Shown piece after piece: positions 38,346 through 48,743 of a DNA stretch of 64,000 bases. Below the pieces are notes generated by a model that ran no database searches, was not told the DNA's origin, and worked only from the letters and a program-made list of their open reading frames with translations. The stretch lies in NCBI GenBank assembly GCA_963806185.1, contig CAWDXE010000004.1, positions 32,001 through 96,000 on the forward strand. The letters are read 5' to 3'. Positions within the stretch are counted from its first letter, which is position 1; each line of letters opens with the position of its first letter. This DNA comes from an uncultured candidate division Zixibacteria bacterium (GTDB lineage Bacteria > Zixibacteria > MSB-5A5 > GN15 > FEB-12). A program made the position numbers and the translations under genes.

Positions 38346-40146
38346 TGTTTGCAGCTCCTGAGCGATTCTTAAACTGCAGATGGAACAACTTCGAGTAGTA
38401 CCCATCGGCCAGAATCAGCTCGGTATGTGTTCCTCGTTCAATGATCTCGCCGCGCCGGATGACCAGTATCTGGTCAACGTCGAGAATCGTCGACAACCGG
38501 TGCGCGATCACCAGCGAAGTCCGCCCCCGCCACAACATTTTGAGCGACGCCTGTATCGTCCGTTCCGTCTCCGGATCGACCGACGATGTTGCTTCGTCCA
38601 GCAAGAGCACGTCCGGATTCTTCACCAGCGCTCGGGCAAATGACAATAACTGCCGTTCGCCGCGACTGAAATTCGCCCCCTTCTCCGAGACCTCCGTCTG
38701 ATACTGGGACGGCAGCCTCTGGATGAAGCGATCCGCTTCCACCTGGCGGGAGGCCTCCAGCACCATGTCACTCGATACTTCTTCAGCGTCGAGCGAAATA
38801 TTGCTTGCGACGTGGCCGGGGAAGAGGATGATATCCTGCAGCACCAACGCAAACCGCTTGCGCAGGTCAGCCTGTGAAATCTCGCGGACATCGATGCCGT
38901 CGACCGTGATTCGCCCCTTCTGCGGATCATACATCCGCAAAAGCAGTGAAATCACCGAGGTCTTCCCACCGCCGGTCACCCCTACCAGTGCCACGCGCTT
39001 GCCAACCGGAATCTCGAAGGTGACGTCCTTCAACGCGTAGTTCTCGTCATTGGTGTAAGAAAACCAGACGTTTTCGAACCGAATCCCCTGTTCCAGCCTG
39101 GCCCACCGTCTGGGGGCAACAGTCTCAATGATCGTTGGCCTCTCCGAAAGCAATGCGAATATCCGTTTGCCGCCCGCTAGTCCCTTCTGAATGGTGCCAA
39201 GTTGCTCCGATGCTCGATGGATCGGCTCAAACGACCGCCAGATCAGGATGATGAACATGCTGATCGTGCCAACCGTCACCGAACCGTCGGCAATCCAAAG
39301 CGCCCCGAAAAACAGCACCCCGGCCATCCCCCAGTACTGAACCATTGACACGGCATTGAACAGGACCACCGACGCCATGTGGCCGTACATTTCAGCTTTG
39401 AATTTCTGATGGCTCGCCTCGTTCACTCTTCCCTGAGCATACTTGGCCCGATGAAAGATCTGCACGATCGACATGCCATAAAGGAATTCCGTAAGCGATG
39501 CCGTCACCTCCGCCATCCTCTTGCGTACCTCGAGCCAGCGCGGCTCGGTCAGCCGTACGTAGAAATAGATCATCGTTATGATGACCGGCCCCATGAAGGT
39601 GACTATCAACGCCAGTCGCCAGCTGTACCAGAACATGACCGCTAGTATGCCCGATACAAGCAAGACGTCGCCTACTATCATTACCACCGTGTTGGTGAAT
39701 AGCATGCGCAGCGCTTCGGTGTCCGATTCGACTCGCGCCATCAGGCGTCCGACCGGGTTCTTATCGAAAAATGAAACATCCAGCGATAGAATATGGTCGA
39801 ACATCCGCTCCTTTAGATCGATCATCACATCCTGCCCGATCCGCTCCAGTTTGATCCGCTGTACGTATTGCAGCACCAGCGTCAGGATCTGGATCAGCGC
39901 GATGATTACCACGGTCAGCGCCAGCCCATTCATGTCCTTGTTGGCGATATCAACGTCCATGGCTCGCTTCAACAGCACGGGCCAGTAGAGTGATCCGATC
40001 GTGGCTACCGCCAGAATGACAAGGCAATAGATCAACCCCAATCGGTGCTTGGCCAGATAGGGCCACAAGCCCCGGAACGCCACGCGCATTGAAACTGCCT
40101 GTTGGTCTGTTCCGCTCTTCTCGTCTTCGAAAAATTGACTACTCAT
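38338..40146 (-). CDS. ABC exporter, fused permease/ATPase (MdlB-like half with degenerate signature)
   Basis: FFDKNPVGRL, GVTGGGKT, FSRGERQLL, LLLDEATS, AHRLST; overlaps its partner. Confidence 0.92.
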   Translation of the reverse strand: MSSQFFEDEKSGTDQQAVSMRVAFRGLWPYLAKHRLGLIYCLVILAVATIGSLYWPVLLKRAMDVDIANKDMNGLALTVVIIALIQILTLVLQYVQRIKLERIGQDVMIDLKERMFDHILSLDVSFFDKNPVGRLMARVESDTEALRMLFTNTVVMIVGDVLLVSGILAVMFWYSWRLALIVTFMGPVIITMIYFYVRLTEPRWLEVRKRMAEVTASLTEFLYGMSIVQIFHRAKYAQGRVNEASHQKFKAEMYGHMASVVLFNAVSMVQYWGMAGVLFFGALWIADGSVTVGTISMFIILIWRSFEPIHRASEQLGTIQKGLAGGKRIFALLSERPTIIETVAPRRWARLEQGIRFENVWFSYTNDENYALKDVTFEIPVGKRVALVGVTGGGKTSVISLLLRMYDPQKGRITVDGIDVREISQADLRKRFALVLQDIILFPGHVASNISLDAEEVSSDMVLEASRQVEADRFIQRLPSQYQTEVSEKGANFSRGERQLLSFARALVKNPDVLLLDEATSSVDPETERTIQASLKMLWRGRTSLVIAHRLSTILDVDQILVIRRGEIIERGTHTELILADGYYSKLFHLQFKNRSGAANNA

Positions 40147-40201
40147 TGTTGTCGTGCTCGATTTTCCTGGTTTCGCACGGCGCCGCCGCAATGGCCTGCC
40201 C

Positions 40202-40239
40202 AAAAACGAAAACGCCGCACCCGATTCCCGGTTACGGCG
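40202..40239 (-). terminator. Attenuator (leader) terminator upstream of the ABC exporter
   Basis: CGCCGTAACCG-ggaat-CGGGTGCGGCG followed by TTTTCGTTTTT, in the 5' region of the operon. Confidence 0.75.
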
Positions 40240-40262
40240 GTAGAAGCCTATGTATCTTGAGG

Positions 40263-40340
40263 TTACCTCACAGACAGACCTCGCCCGCCGATGGTCCCAT
40301 TGGGGACATTGACCGTGTATACTTTCGCGAGGCTATTCAT
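40263..40340 (-). CDS. Candidate 25-aa leader peptide MNSLAKVYTVNVPNGTIGGRGLSVR
   Basis: GAGGT SD 9 nt before ATG; its 3' third can pair with the terminator 5' arm. Too short for the ORF track. Confidence 0.6.
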   Translation of the reverse strand: MNSLAKVYTVNVPNGTIGGRGLSVR

Positions 40341-40606
40341 CGAACGGTTACCTCAAGTTTAGAGAACTGACTTGTTTCCCGCATCTACGCACTTTTCTCG
40401 AAACAAGTTTCATTATTGGTACCGTTTTTAGCTGGCGTTGTCAAGCCCCCTAACCTATTTTAAACACTGCAAAGCACACAAATTTTATCTCCGGGCTGCG
40501 ATAATTGGTGAACTGGGGCTCACAACCTCTTTCACGTCGCATGAATTGAACTCGCTGGCTGCATTGCCGGGGTCGACCCTGTACCCCGGATGCGGGGAAC
40601 GGATGT

Positions 40607-40978
40607 ATGGCAGTAGTTCTGGTTGTCGACGATGAGGCGATGATCCGTGGCCTGGCCGAGAAAGTCCTGAAAAAGGGCGGCCATTCGGTAGTCATGGCTG
40701 AAAACGGCGAAGATGCCATCGCTGTGTTTTCAGAGCAAGGGGGAGCCTTCTCCATCGTTGTCCTCGATTTTTCGCTCCCCGGCATCTCCGGCACTGATCT
40801 GCTCCGAAAGCTCCGCGCCATCCGCCCGGACATTCCTTGCATCTTCTCCTCAGGTTTTCCCATGACGATGGCAGACGTACCCGAAGACATTCGCTCGGAA
40901 ACCTCGTTCCTGCAGAAGCCTTATCGATCCGGCGAATTGCTCGATGCGGTCAGACAATCGTTGACGCCGGCCGGCTAA
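40607..40978 (+). CDS. Single-domain response regulator (receiver)
   Basis: VLVVDDE, VLDFSLPG, SSG, FLQKPY. Confidence 0.9.
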   Translation: MAVVLVVDDEAMIRGLAEKVLKKGGHSVVMAENGEDAIAVFSEQGGAFSIVVLDFSLPGISGTDLLRKLRAIRPDIPCIFSSGFPMTMADVPEDIRSETSFLQKPYRSGELLDAVRQSLTPAG

Positions 40979-41043
40979 TCCTCGCCGCCCCACCAAATAT
41001 TCTCTTTTGCAGCCTCCGGCAATTGGCTACATTCCCCCAGCAT

Positions 41044-43412
41044 ATGAGCCAGCGTTGGTTGACAATCTTCCTCATTCTAGTCGCGGTTGCCGCCGTGGCC
41101 GCACCTGCCAGACAGGATCCCAATCAGCCGCGACAAGTTTTCATCGGTGTATTCGAGGGCGGCGATTACGTTCTGCACGGAGATATCCGCGAAGCCTACC
41201 GTTCTGCTCTCGAATCTATCCTCCCCGATTCGATTCGGGCCGTCTTTGTCCCCATCGGTTTCAAGTCGGCCGAATGGGATCGGGAGAAATCCCGACAAAT
41301 GGCCCGCGAACTCGCCGCCAACAAATCAATTGATCTTGTTCTCGCCTTGGGACCATGGACCGTCGAAGATCTCCTCGCGGCCGGTTTTGACCGTCCCATT
41401 GTGGCCGTCCACCGTTTTCACCCGGTCGCCGAAGCTCTTGTCGACAGGACCGGTCGCCCCGTCGTCGATAATCTCACCGTCCAGGTCTCGCCCCAAAAAC
41501 TGCTCAATGACATCCGAGCCCTGACTTCGATGACCAGCGTAAAGCGGCTTGGTGTTCTCTTTTTCCCACCGACGGTGACTCGATCGCCGTAGCTGCCCAG
41601 TTCGATTCACTCGGCAAGCAGGGTGGATTTGAAGTTGTGACCGCCCGAGGCTATAATGTTAAGGGTACATTTGCGTACTTCCGCTCGTACCAGAGCCTCC
41701 CCAAGAAGATAGACGCTCTCTATGTCGGCCCCCTGTGGGGTATCGAAACAGCCGCCATCAGAGAGTTTTTCGCCCAGGTCCAACGCGACCACATTCCGAC
41801 TTTCAGTGCCGATGGCCGGGTTATGGTTGAGCGCGGCGCTTTGGCCTCGGTTGCCGCACAGAACATAACGATGCCGGCTCGCTTTGCCGCCTGGAAGACC
41901 GCCCGCATCATCGAGGGCGCCATTCCCGCCGACTTGCCAACGACCTTGAACGCGGAAATCTCCTGGTCCATGAACGAAACCGCCGCTCTGGTCCTGGGCA
42001 TTCGCATCCCCGACAACGTCCGTATGCACGGATACGTTGTCCCCACTCCGCCCGACTCGGAAGAAGTCACTCTCAGCATTGTTGATGCTCTCGAACGCGC
42101 CCGTCAGCAGAACACCGGCTATCTTGCCACTTACGACCGCATCCGCGCCGCCGCCGCATCGGCCGGCCAGGCCAGATCGGCCTTGCTCCCCGAACTTTCG
42201 GCCGACGCTTCTCTGTTTTATGCCGACGACAACACCGTTGCCAACGAACGTGACCTCTCCTCCAACGAGCGCGCCATCGGCAACCTCCGCATGGAGTGGA
42301 CGCCGTTCTCACTCGAAGCGATCCGCGCCGCTCAGTCAATTGCCAAACGAGAGCGAATTGCGCAGATCGATCAGACCGCCGCCAATCTTGATCTCGCCAA
42401 TGCCCTTACCGCCGCGTTCAGTGCCGCCTACCATGCGACCCAGGCCGTTGCCGCCCAACATGATTATCTGCAGGCCGTGGAACAGGCGATCGAAGTGGCC
42501 ACGGTTCGTGCCACCTACGAAACCAATGAGCGGTTTGATCTCTCTCGCCTGCAATCTGAGCAATATTCGGCGACGGTCGCTTTCCGCCAGTCGGAAGCCG
42601 ATCGTGACGTTGCGCAAAATCTTCTGAATTCGCTGCTCGGCCAACCACCCGACCAGCCGCTACGGCTCAACGAACAAAACCTCTCTGAAAAGGAAATCGC
42701 CCGCGAAATCGCCGGCTGGCAAATTGTGGCCCCCGACAAGCCCGCCCGCAACGCCATCGCCGAATACCTTACTAAGATCGCAGGAGAGAATAACCCCCAA
42801 ATGACGCGCTCGCGCACGGTTGCCGAACAGAAGCGACTGGACATTGCCCGAAGCAACGCCGGACGACTGCCGCGACTCGGCTTCTCAGCCCGGCTGAGCT
42901 ATGTCGATTCCTTGGCCAACGTCGCCGGTTTCGAGGAGAAACACACGGTCGGGCGAGTCGGTGCGACCCTGTCTCTGCCCATTTTCTTCGGTAATCACGG
43001 GAAGCGCGAACGAGATGAGTTGAAGGCGACTATCAGCGAGATCGAATATAAGCGTGATAATACGCGCCTCGACATTGCTCGTCAGATCTCCGACAATCTC
43101 CTGAAGATGTATACCGAGACGTACACCATCGTCACAATCGCTCAGGCCGAACCACTCGCTTCGGAACACTACGGCCTGGCGGTGGCTCGCTTCAACAAAA
43201 CTCCCGGAACAGTCAACGATCTGCTCGACGCCGCCCGCAATTTGCGCGACGTTCGCCTGTCTCTGCTCGCCAACGTACATGAGTACCTCGCCGCCGGAGC
43301 CGCCCTCCTTCAGTTGACCGGTTGGTCGATTGGCCCTGATCAGATTACTCCGGGAGACGCACTGCTCACCCATTTGGCGGCTCAATTTCCCGTGCCCGAA
43401 GATGAGCGCTGA
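41044..43412 (+). CDS. Fusion of ABC substrate-binding-like domain and TolC-family outer-membrane efflux domain; frameshift at ~41566
   Basis: Adding one C to TTTTTCCCACC joins RLGVLFFP to TDGDSIAV...; SBP-like KIDALYV/IPTFS/ARIIEGAIPADLP; OEP-like ARSALLPELS, LNSLLG, AGRLPRL, LSLPIF. Confidence 0.75.
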
Positions 43413-44520
43413 TTCGTCCGGACCGCATTCCGTTTCTGATCTTGACACGCCCGTACTCCTTATTGAATCATCCGTCCTGGATCAGAATCTTGATCGCATG
43501 CAGGCTCTTGCGGCGCGCTATGGTCTTAAGCTCCGCCCTCACGTCAAAACCCACAAATGCGTTTCCCTGGCCAGGCGCCAGCTTGCTTTGGGAGCTGTCG
43601 GCGTCGCCGTGGCGAAGCTGAGCGAAGCTGAGGTTATGGCTGCCGCCGGCATCGACGATATCCAGATTGCCAATCAGGTCGTCGGCCCCCTGAAACTCGA
43701 CCGCTTCCATCACCTGGCCCAACAAATCCGCCTGTCGTGTGCTGTCGACTCGGAAGCCCAGGTCTGCCCGCTGGCAAAGACGTTCACCAGCCGGCATCCC
43801 GCTCGTGTTTTCATCGAAGTCAATTCCGGTCTGAATCGCGCCGGCGTCTCGACAATTCCCGATGCCGTTGCCTTGGCCCGTAGGATTTCATCCTTCTCGA
43901 CCCTCGGCCTTCAGGGCTTGCTTACCCACGCCGGTCATGCCTATGCCGCGAAGAGCAAAGCCGAATTAGAGCAGGTCGGTCGCAGTGAGGGAGAGCAACT
44001 CATCGCAATGGCCAATGCTATCCGTGCTGAAGGCATTGCTGTTCACGTCATCTCGGTCGGCTCAACGCCAACGGCTTCCTACGTCGCGGCCGTGCCCGGT
44101 GTCACCGAGTTGCGCGTCGGGAATTACATATTCAATGACATGAATCAGGTCTCGCTCGGCATTGCGTCCGTTGCCGACTGCGCGCTTACGGTCCTGACTA
44201 CCGTCATCAGTCGTCCTGCCTCGGATCGGGTAATCATCGATGCCGGCGCCAAGGCGCTTGCTCTGGACCGCGGCGCCCACGGTTCCGGCACGCTCTTCGG
44301 ATACGGTCATCTGGTGGGATATGAGGGCATATTGTCTCGCTTGTCGGAAGAGCACGGGATCATCGAATCGGCCGATCGTCGTCTGAAGGTCGGCGACCGT
44401 CTGCGCATCATTCCGAATCACGCTTGTCCCGTGGTGAATCTATTCGATTGCCTCTATCTGGTCGACCGCGACAACGTCGTGGATCGCCTCACGGTCGACG
44501 CTCGCGGACGGATGCTCTGA
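43402..44520 (+). CDS. D-threonine aldolase/DSD1-family PLP enzyme (alanine racemase-like fold)
   Basis: LDTP, LRPHVKTHK, LTHAGHAY, SVGSTP, ELRVGNY, LSEEHG, IPNHAC. Confidence 0.9.
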   Translation: MSADSSGPHSVSDLDTPVLLIESSVLDQNLDRMQALAARYGLKLRPHVKTHKCVSLARRQLALGAVGVAVAKLSEAEVMAAAGIDDIQIANQVVGPLKLDRFHHLAQQIRLSCAVDSEAQVCPLAKTFTSRHPARVFIEVNSGLNRAGVSTIPDAVALARRISSFSTLGLQGLLTHAGHAYAAKSKAELEQVGRSEGEQLIAMANAIRAEGIAVHVISVGSTPTASYVAAVPGVTELRVGNYIFNDMNQVSLGIASVADCALTVLTTVISRPASDRVIIDAGAKALALDRGAHGSGTLFGYGHLVGYEGILSRLSEEHGIIESADRRLKVGDRLRIIPNHACPVVNLFDCLYLVDRDNVVDRLTVDARGRML

Positions 44521-45192
44521 TAACCCTCGCGTCCATTGCTCCCGCCACTCCGGGTAATTGAGGCAAAAGGCGAAGATGTAAATAGCGCCGAGAATTCCGA
44601 TCGCCAGCTTTCGTGTAATTCGCCATCCCGCCGTGTCGGCAAATTCAGGCGCTGCTTGCCCCTTCCGAACCAGCATCAACGCCCGCCCGTAGTTCACGAG
44701 CGATACGACGATGAGAGCCATCGCTATGAACATCAGGAATTGCTCACCGAATGGAAAACGGATCACGTAGCTTCCGAGAAGTACGATTACCGCAGAGAAG
44801 GCGTACTTTCCGGAGAGATTCGAGGGCATTGGGGCCCCCGTTCGCCCTAAGAGAAACATCGCCGCCACCAGTATTACCAAATCCCGTCCAACAATCACGA
44901 ACGCCGCCCAGACGGGGAAATCACGGGTCACGACCAGTGCCACAACGAGTATTGCAGCGAATACCTTGTCGGCCACCGGATCGAGAATCAATCCCAGCCT
45001 CCCCTTTTCGGCGCGCCGTCGAGCCACCATTCCATCCAATCCGTCGGTGATACCCGCCACCACAATCGTCACCGCCGCAGCTAAAAGCATGTCATACCCC
45101 GGTCGACTCAAAAAATACCACGCCGGCACCGACAGCACGATTCGTGACATACTCAGCAAGTTTTCCAACCAGATCCATTCGCGGGCTTGCAT
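44440..45192 (-). CDS. CDP-alcohol phosphatidyltransferase (PgsA-like)
   Basis: NLLSMSRI, TDGLDGMVARR...GLILDPVADK, GRD. Confidence 0.9.
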   Translation of the reverse strand: MQAREWIWLENLLSMSRIVLSVPAWYFLSRPGYDMLLAAAVTIVVAGITDGLDGMVARRRAEKGRLGLILDPVADKVFAAILVVALVVTRDFPVWAAFVIVGRDLVILVAAMFLLGRTGAPMPSNLSGKYAFSAVIVLLGSYVIRFPFGEQFLMFIAMALIVVSLVNYGRALMLVRKGQAAPEFADTAGWRITRKLAIGILGAIYIFAFCLNYPEWREQWTRGLSEHPSASVDREAIHDVVAVDQIEAIE

Positions 45193-45299
45193 GGGGAAGA
45201 AGATAGCAGAGAGATCGCAATCAGAGACGCTTTAAAAAGCCACCGGGCAAGCTTGACTCGTCCACAGGGATAGACGAGCCAAGTTGCCCAGATCGACTT

Positions 45300-45371
45300 T
45301 AGCGGTACGGGGGATCGAACCCCGGTTTGATGGCTGAGAACCATCCGTCCTAACCACTAGACGATACCGCC
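45300..45371 (-). tRNA. tRNA-Glu (anticodon CTC); CCA not encoded
   Basis: Cloverleaf: acceptor GGCGGTA/TACCGCT, anticodon arm GATGG-TTCTCAG-CCATC, T arm CGGGG-TTCGATC-CCCCG, discriminator A. Confidence 0.95.
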
Positions 45372-45594
45372 GATTCAATGCGCACTGCTAAAAAAGCAAC
45401 GCGCGTAAGTACGATTGTTCAAAACACTCTGTCAAGCATTCGTAATCCATTGTACGACAATACGTTATGGCGATCGTCTCCGATAATCATAAGCGGGCGA
45501 ACATCTTAATACAACTCAGTTTTTTGCCCCTATTCATACCTTTTTTTTGCCCCTCTCAGCCCCTCTTGGCATGCCGTGTGTCATAATGGCATGT

Positions 45595-45972
45595 CTAATT
45601 GGCGGCCTTGCTCCGCCGATACTCGAGCCAAACCACCTGCCCCTCCCGACCAGGCTTATACTCCAACAACTTACTCACGTAGAAATAGACGTTCCCATCG
45701 ATCTCCACCTCCCCGCGACCCTCTTGCCCTCTTTCCGGGCGCTCAAACTGTGTGGCCAGCCGACGGGCCGAGCGACGGTCAAACAGGACCAACCCGGGAC
45801 TCGCATAGACCAATCGGCCCTGCTCGTCAAAAATCACCATTGGCCCGGCTTGAACCTGTAAGGCCGCCCGAAATATCGCCAGGTGTGTGCGATCCCTGTT
45901 CCACATCCACACGATGCCGAGCACAACCGCCGAAACAAGTACGGCAGTCCAGAGTAGTCCGCTGATTTCCAT
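45595..45972 (-). CDS. Hypothetical membrane-anchored protein with PAS-like segment
   Basis: N-terminal TM helix; PMVIFDEQGRLVYAS. Confidence 0.6.
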   Translation of the reverse strand: MEISGLLWTAVLVSAVVLGIVWMWNRDRTHLAIFRAALQVQAGPMVIFDEQGRLVYASPGLVLFDRRSARRLATQFERPERGQEGRGEVEIDGNVYFYVSKLLEYKPGREGQVVWLEYRRSKAAN

Positions 45973-46100
45973 ATGCTGCTTAATATACGTATTTCACATG
46001 CCTCGCCGATACAATCGCGATTCACTTTCCCCTTTTGATTTGATTAACCGAGTAGCGGCGGATATATTCGACGGATGAGCTGCTGCACTGGAGGTTCACC

Positions 46101-48613
46101 ATGGCGATAACTCGCCCGTCCTTGTCTCCCCACCGTTCCCTCACTGTCGACGAACTCTCGTACCTTGTCAAATACGCCCCCAAAGGACTGAAGACGTCCG
46201 ATAACATTCAGCCGACCGAAGACATCATCGGCCAGAAGCGCGCGATCGATGCTATTCGGCTCGGCCTGAGTGTCCACAGCCGAGGCTACAACATCTTTGT
46301 GACCGGCATCGCGGGCACCGGCCGCAGCTCCACTATCAAACACCTGCTGGAACAACTCGATCACGATCGCCCGCAGTTGCACGACGTCTGCTACGTCAAT
46401 AATTTCAAGAACGCCGACAGCCCGATCATTCTTCAGTTCAACTCCGGGGAAGGCAAGAAGTTCAAGAAGGACATGGCCTACCTGGTCGAATCGCTGCGCA
46501 AAGTGGTTCCCAAAATTTTCCTGAGCGAGGACTACAAGGATCGTTACAGCCGCGTGGTTCGCGAATTCGAAAACCGACAGAAAGAATTGATCGCCAAGTT
46601 CGAGGACAAACTGGGCAAGGGCGGCTTTGTCATGGTGCAGGTGCAATCCGCTCTCGGCGTGCGCAATGAAATCCATCCGCTGATCGACAATGAACCCGTC
46701 TCCCTCGAGAAACTGGAAAAACTCAGCAAGGAAGGCAAGTTCGCCGCCGCCCAGCTCGACGAATTCCGCCGCCGCTGGGATTCTCTCCGGCGCGACTTCG
46801 ACCTCACCACCGTTGAATCCAAGAAGTTGAACACCAAACTTGATGACGCTCTGGAGCGCTTGAACAGCTCCATGGTCGTGCCGCTTATCGCCGACAAGAT
46901 CAACCTCCTCAAACGCCGGTACCCCAATGACAAAGTGATGCGGTATCTCGAGGATGCTCAGGAAGCGCTCTCGTCCGACCTCGATCGCTTCCGTGAAGCC
47001 GGCCCCCGCCGGGGTGAGGAAGAGGCCCCCTCGTTTCGCAAACGCGAACCGTTTGAGGAATTCTCGGTCAACCTCGTTCTTGATAACTCCGAGACCAGCG
47101 GCGTCCCCATCATTATAGAGAAGTCCCCCTCATACCGAAATCTCTTCGGCTCCGTCGAGCGCGTCGTCGACCGTTTCGGATACTGGCGCACCGACTACAC
47201 CCGCATCACGGCCGGCTCACTGCTCAAAGCTTCCGGCGGCTTTCTGGTCGTCAACGCCCTTGATCTGCTCTCCGAGCCGGGTGTCTGGACACCCCTCAAA
47301 CGCGCCTTGCGCAACGGCGAGATGGAAATCGCATCCTATGATCCGTTCTACATGATGGCCGGTTCCGGCATCAAGCCGGAATCCATCCCTTTGCACGTGA
47401 AGGTTGTCCTTATCGGCGACGCGAATATCTACCGGCTCCTCTGGCAGTTCGATGAAGACTTCAAGATGATCTTCAAGGTCAAAGCCGAGTTCGACACCAC
47501 GATGGACGTCGCCGATCGCAACATCAATCTCTATTACCGGTTCATCAAACGGATCATCGTCGATGACAATCTTCTCGCTTTCGACCTCAGCGGCATGCAG
47601 GCGATTGTCGAGTATGCGCGCCGCCTGGCCGGTCACCGCAAGAAACTCTCCGTCCGCTTCACCAACATCGCCGACATGATACGCGAGGCCGAAATTTGCG
47701 CCCGCGATCGGAATGCCAAAAACGTGACTCGCCCCGATGTCCATTGCGCCATCCAGAAGAAACGGCAACGGGTCAACTGGTTGAGGACAAGATTCAGGAG
47801 ATGTTCGACGAAAACACGCTTATGGTCTCGCTTACCGGCGAAGCGGTCGGGCAGATCAACGGACTCTCCGTGTACAATGTCGGCGAATACCAGTTCGGCC
47901 GCCCCAGCCGCATTACCGTGAATACCTCGCTCGGCAAAGCGGGGGTCATCAATATCGAGCGTGAGGCGGACCTCTCCGGCCCGGTGCACGACAAGGGCGT
48001 GCTGGTCCTGAGCGGCTGGCTCCGCGAGACTTTCGCCCAGGACAAACCGCTCCAGATGTCGGCCTCGATTTCATTCGAGCAATCGTACGGCGGCGTCGAC
48101 GGCGATTCTGCTTCCTCGACTGAAATCTACGGCATCTTGTCGTCGCTGACCGGTATCCCGATACGCCAGTACATCGGCGTGACCGGCTCGGTCAACCAGA
48201 AGGGGCACATTCAGCCGATCGGCGGCGTGAATGAAAAAGTCGAGGGATTTTTCGACGCCTGCAAGAGCCGTGGCCTCACCGGCAAGCAGGGCGTGATGAT
48301 CCCGCACCAGAACGTACAGGACCTGCTCTTGCGCCCGGACGTGATCGCCGCGGTGAAAGCCGGCAAATTCCATATCTGGCCGATTAAGCTGATCACCGAA
48401 GGCATCGAGATTATCATGGGTCAGCCGGCCGGCAAACGCAACACCGCCGGAAAATTCACACCCGGTTCGGTGCTGGCGAAAGCGGACGATAAATTAAGGC
48501 AGATGGCGCTCGATATCGATCATTTCGGCCGTGACGAAAAGAAATCCAACGGCAAGGACAGGAACAACAACGACGTCGCCACCAAGCCGCGCCTGCGCAA
48601 ACGCGCGAAGTAG
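46101..48613 (+). CDS. Lon-family (LonB/LonC-type) AAA protease; frameshift at ~47777
   Basis: IIGQKRA, GIAGTGRS, AGSLLKASGG; adding one C (AAC-CTG-GTT) joins RVN to LVEDKIQEMF; catalytic DGDSAS and GGVNEK in the second ORF. Confidence 0.9.
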
Positions 48614-48743
48614 ATCCGGGCTTGGTCCCTACGTGATTTCATGCCTGGCGTACGTCTCCCGCCCCACGCTGTCGTTCCAACCAAGAGAAAACCGGCATGC
48701 TCTTCACACGCCGGTCATTAATCAATTACGATAGTCTTGGCGA

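Noticed and set aside
41555..41575. Programmed frameshift at TTTTTCCC in the SBP-TolC fusion
   Set aside because: Similar one-base losses occur in several unrelated genes, so assembly error is more parsimonious; not formally excluded without reads.
45245..45594. tRNA-Glu as an island integration site; TTTTTTGCCCCT direct repeat near 45520-45555
   Set aside because: No integrase or duplicated tRNA 3' end found. The short repeat is low-complexity, and the hairpin at 45245-45289 is better explained as a terminator or processing stem.
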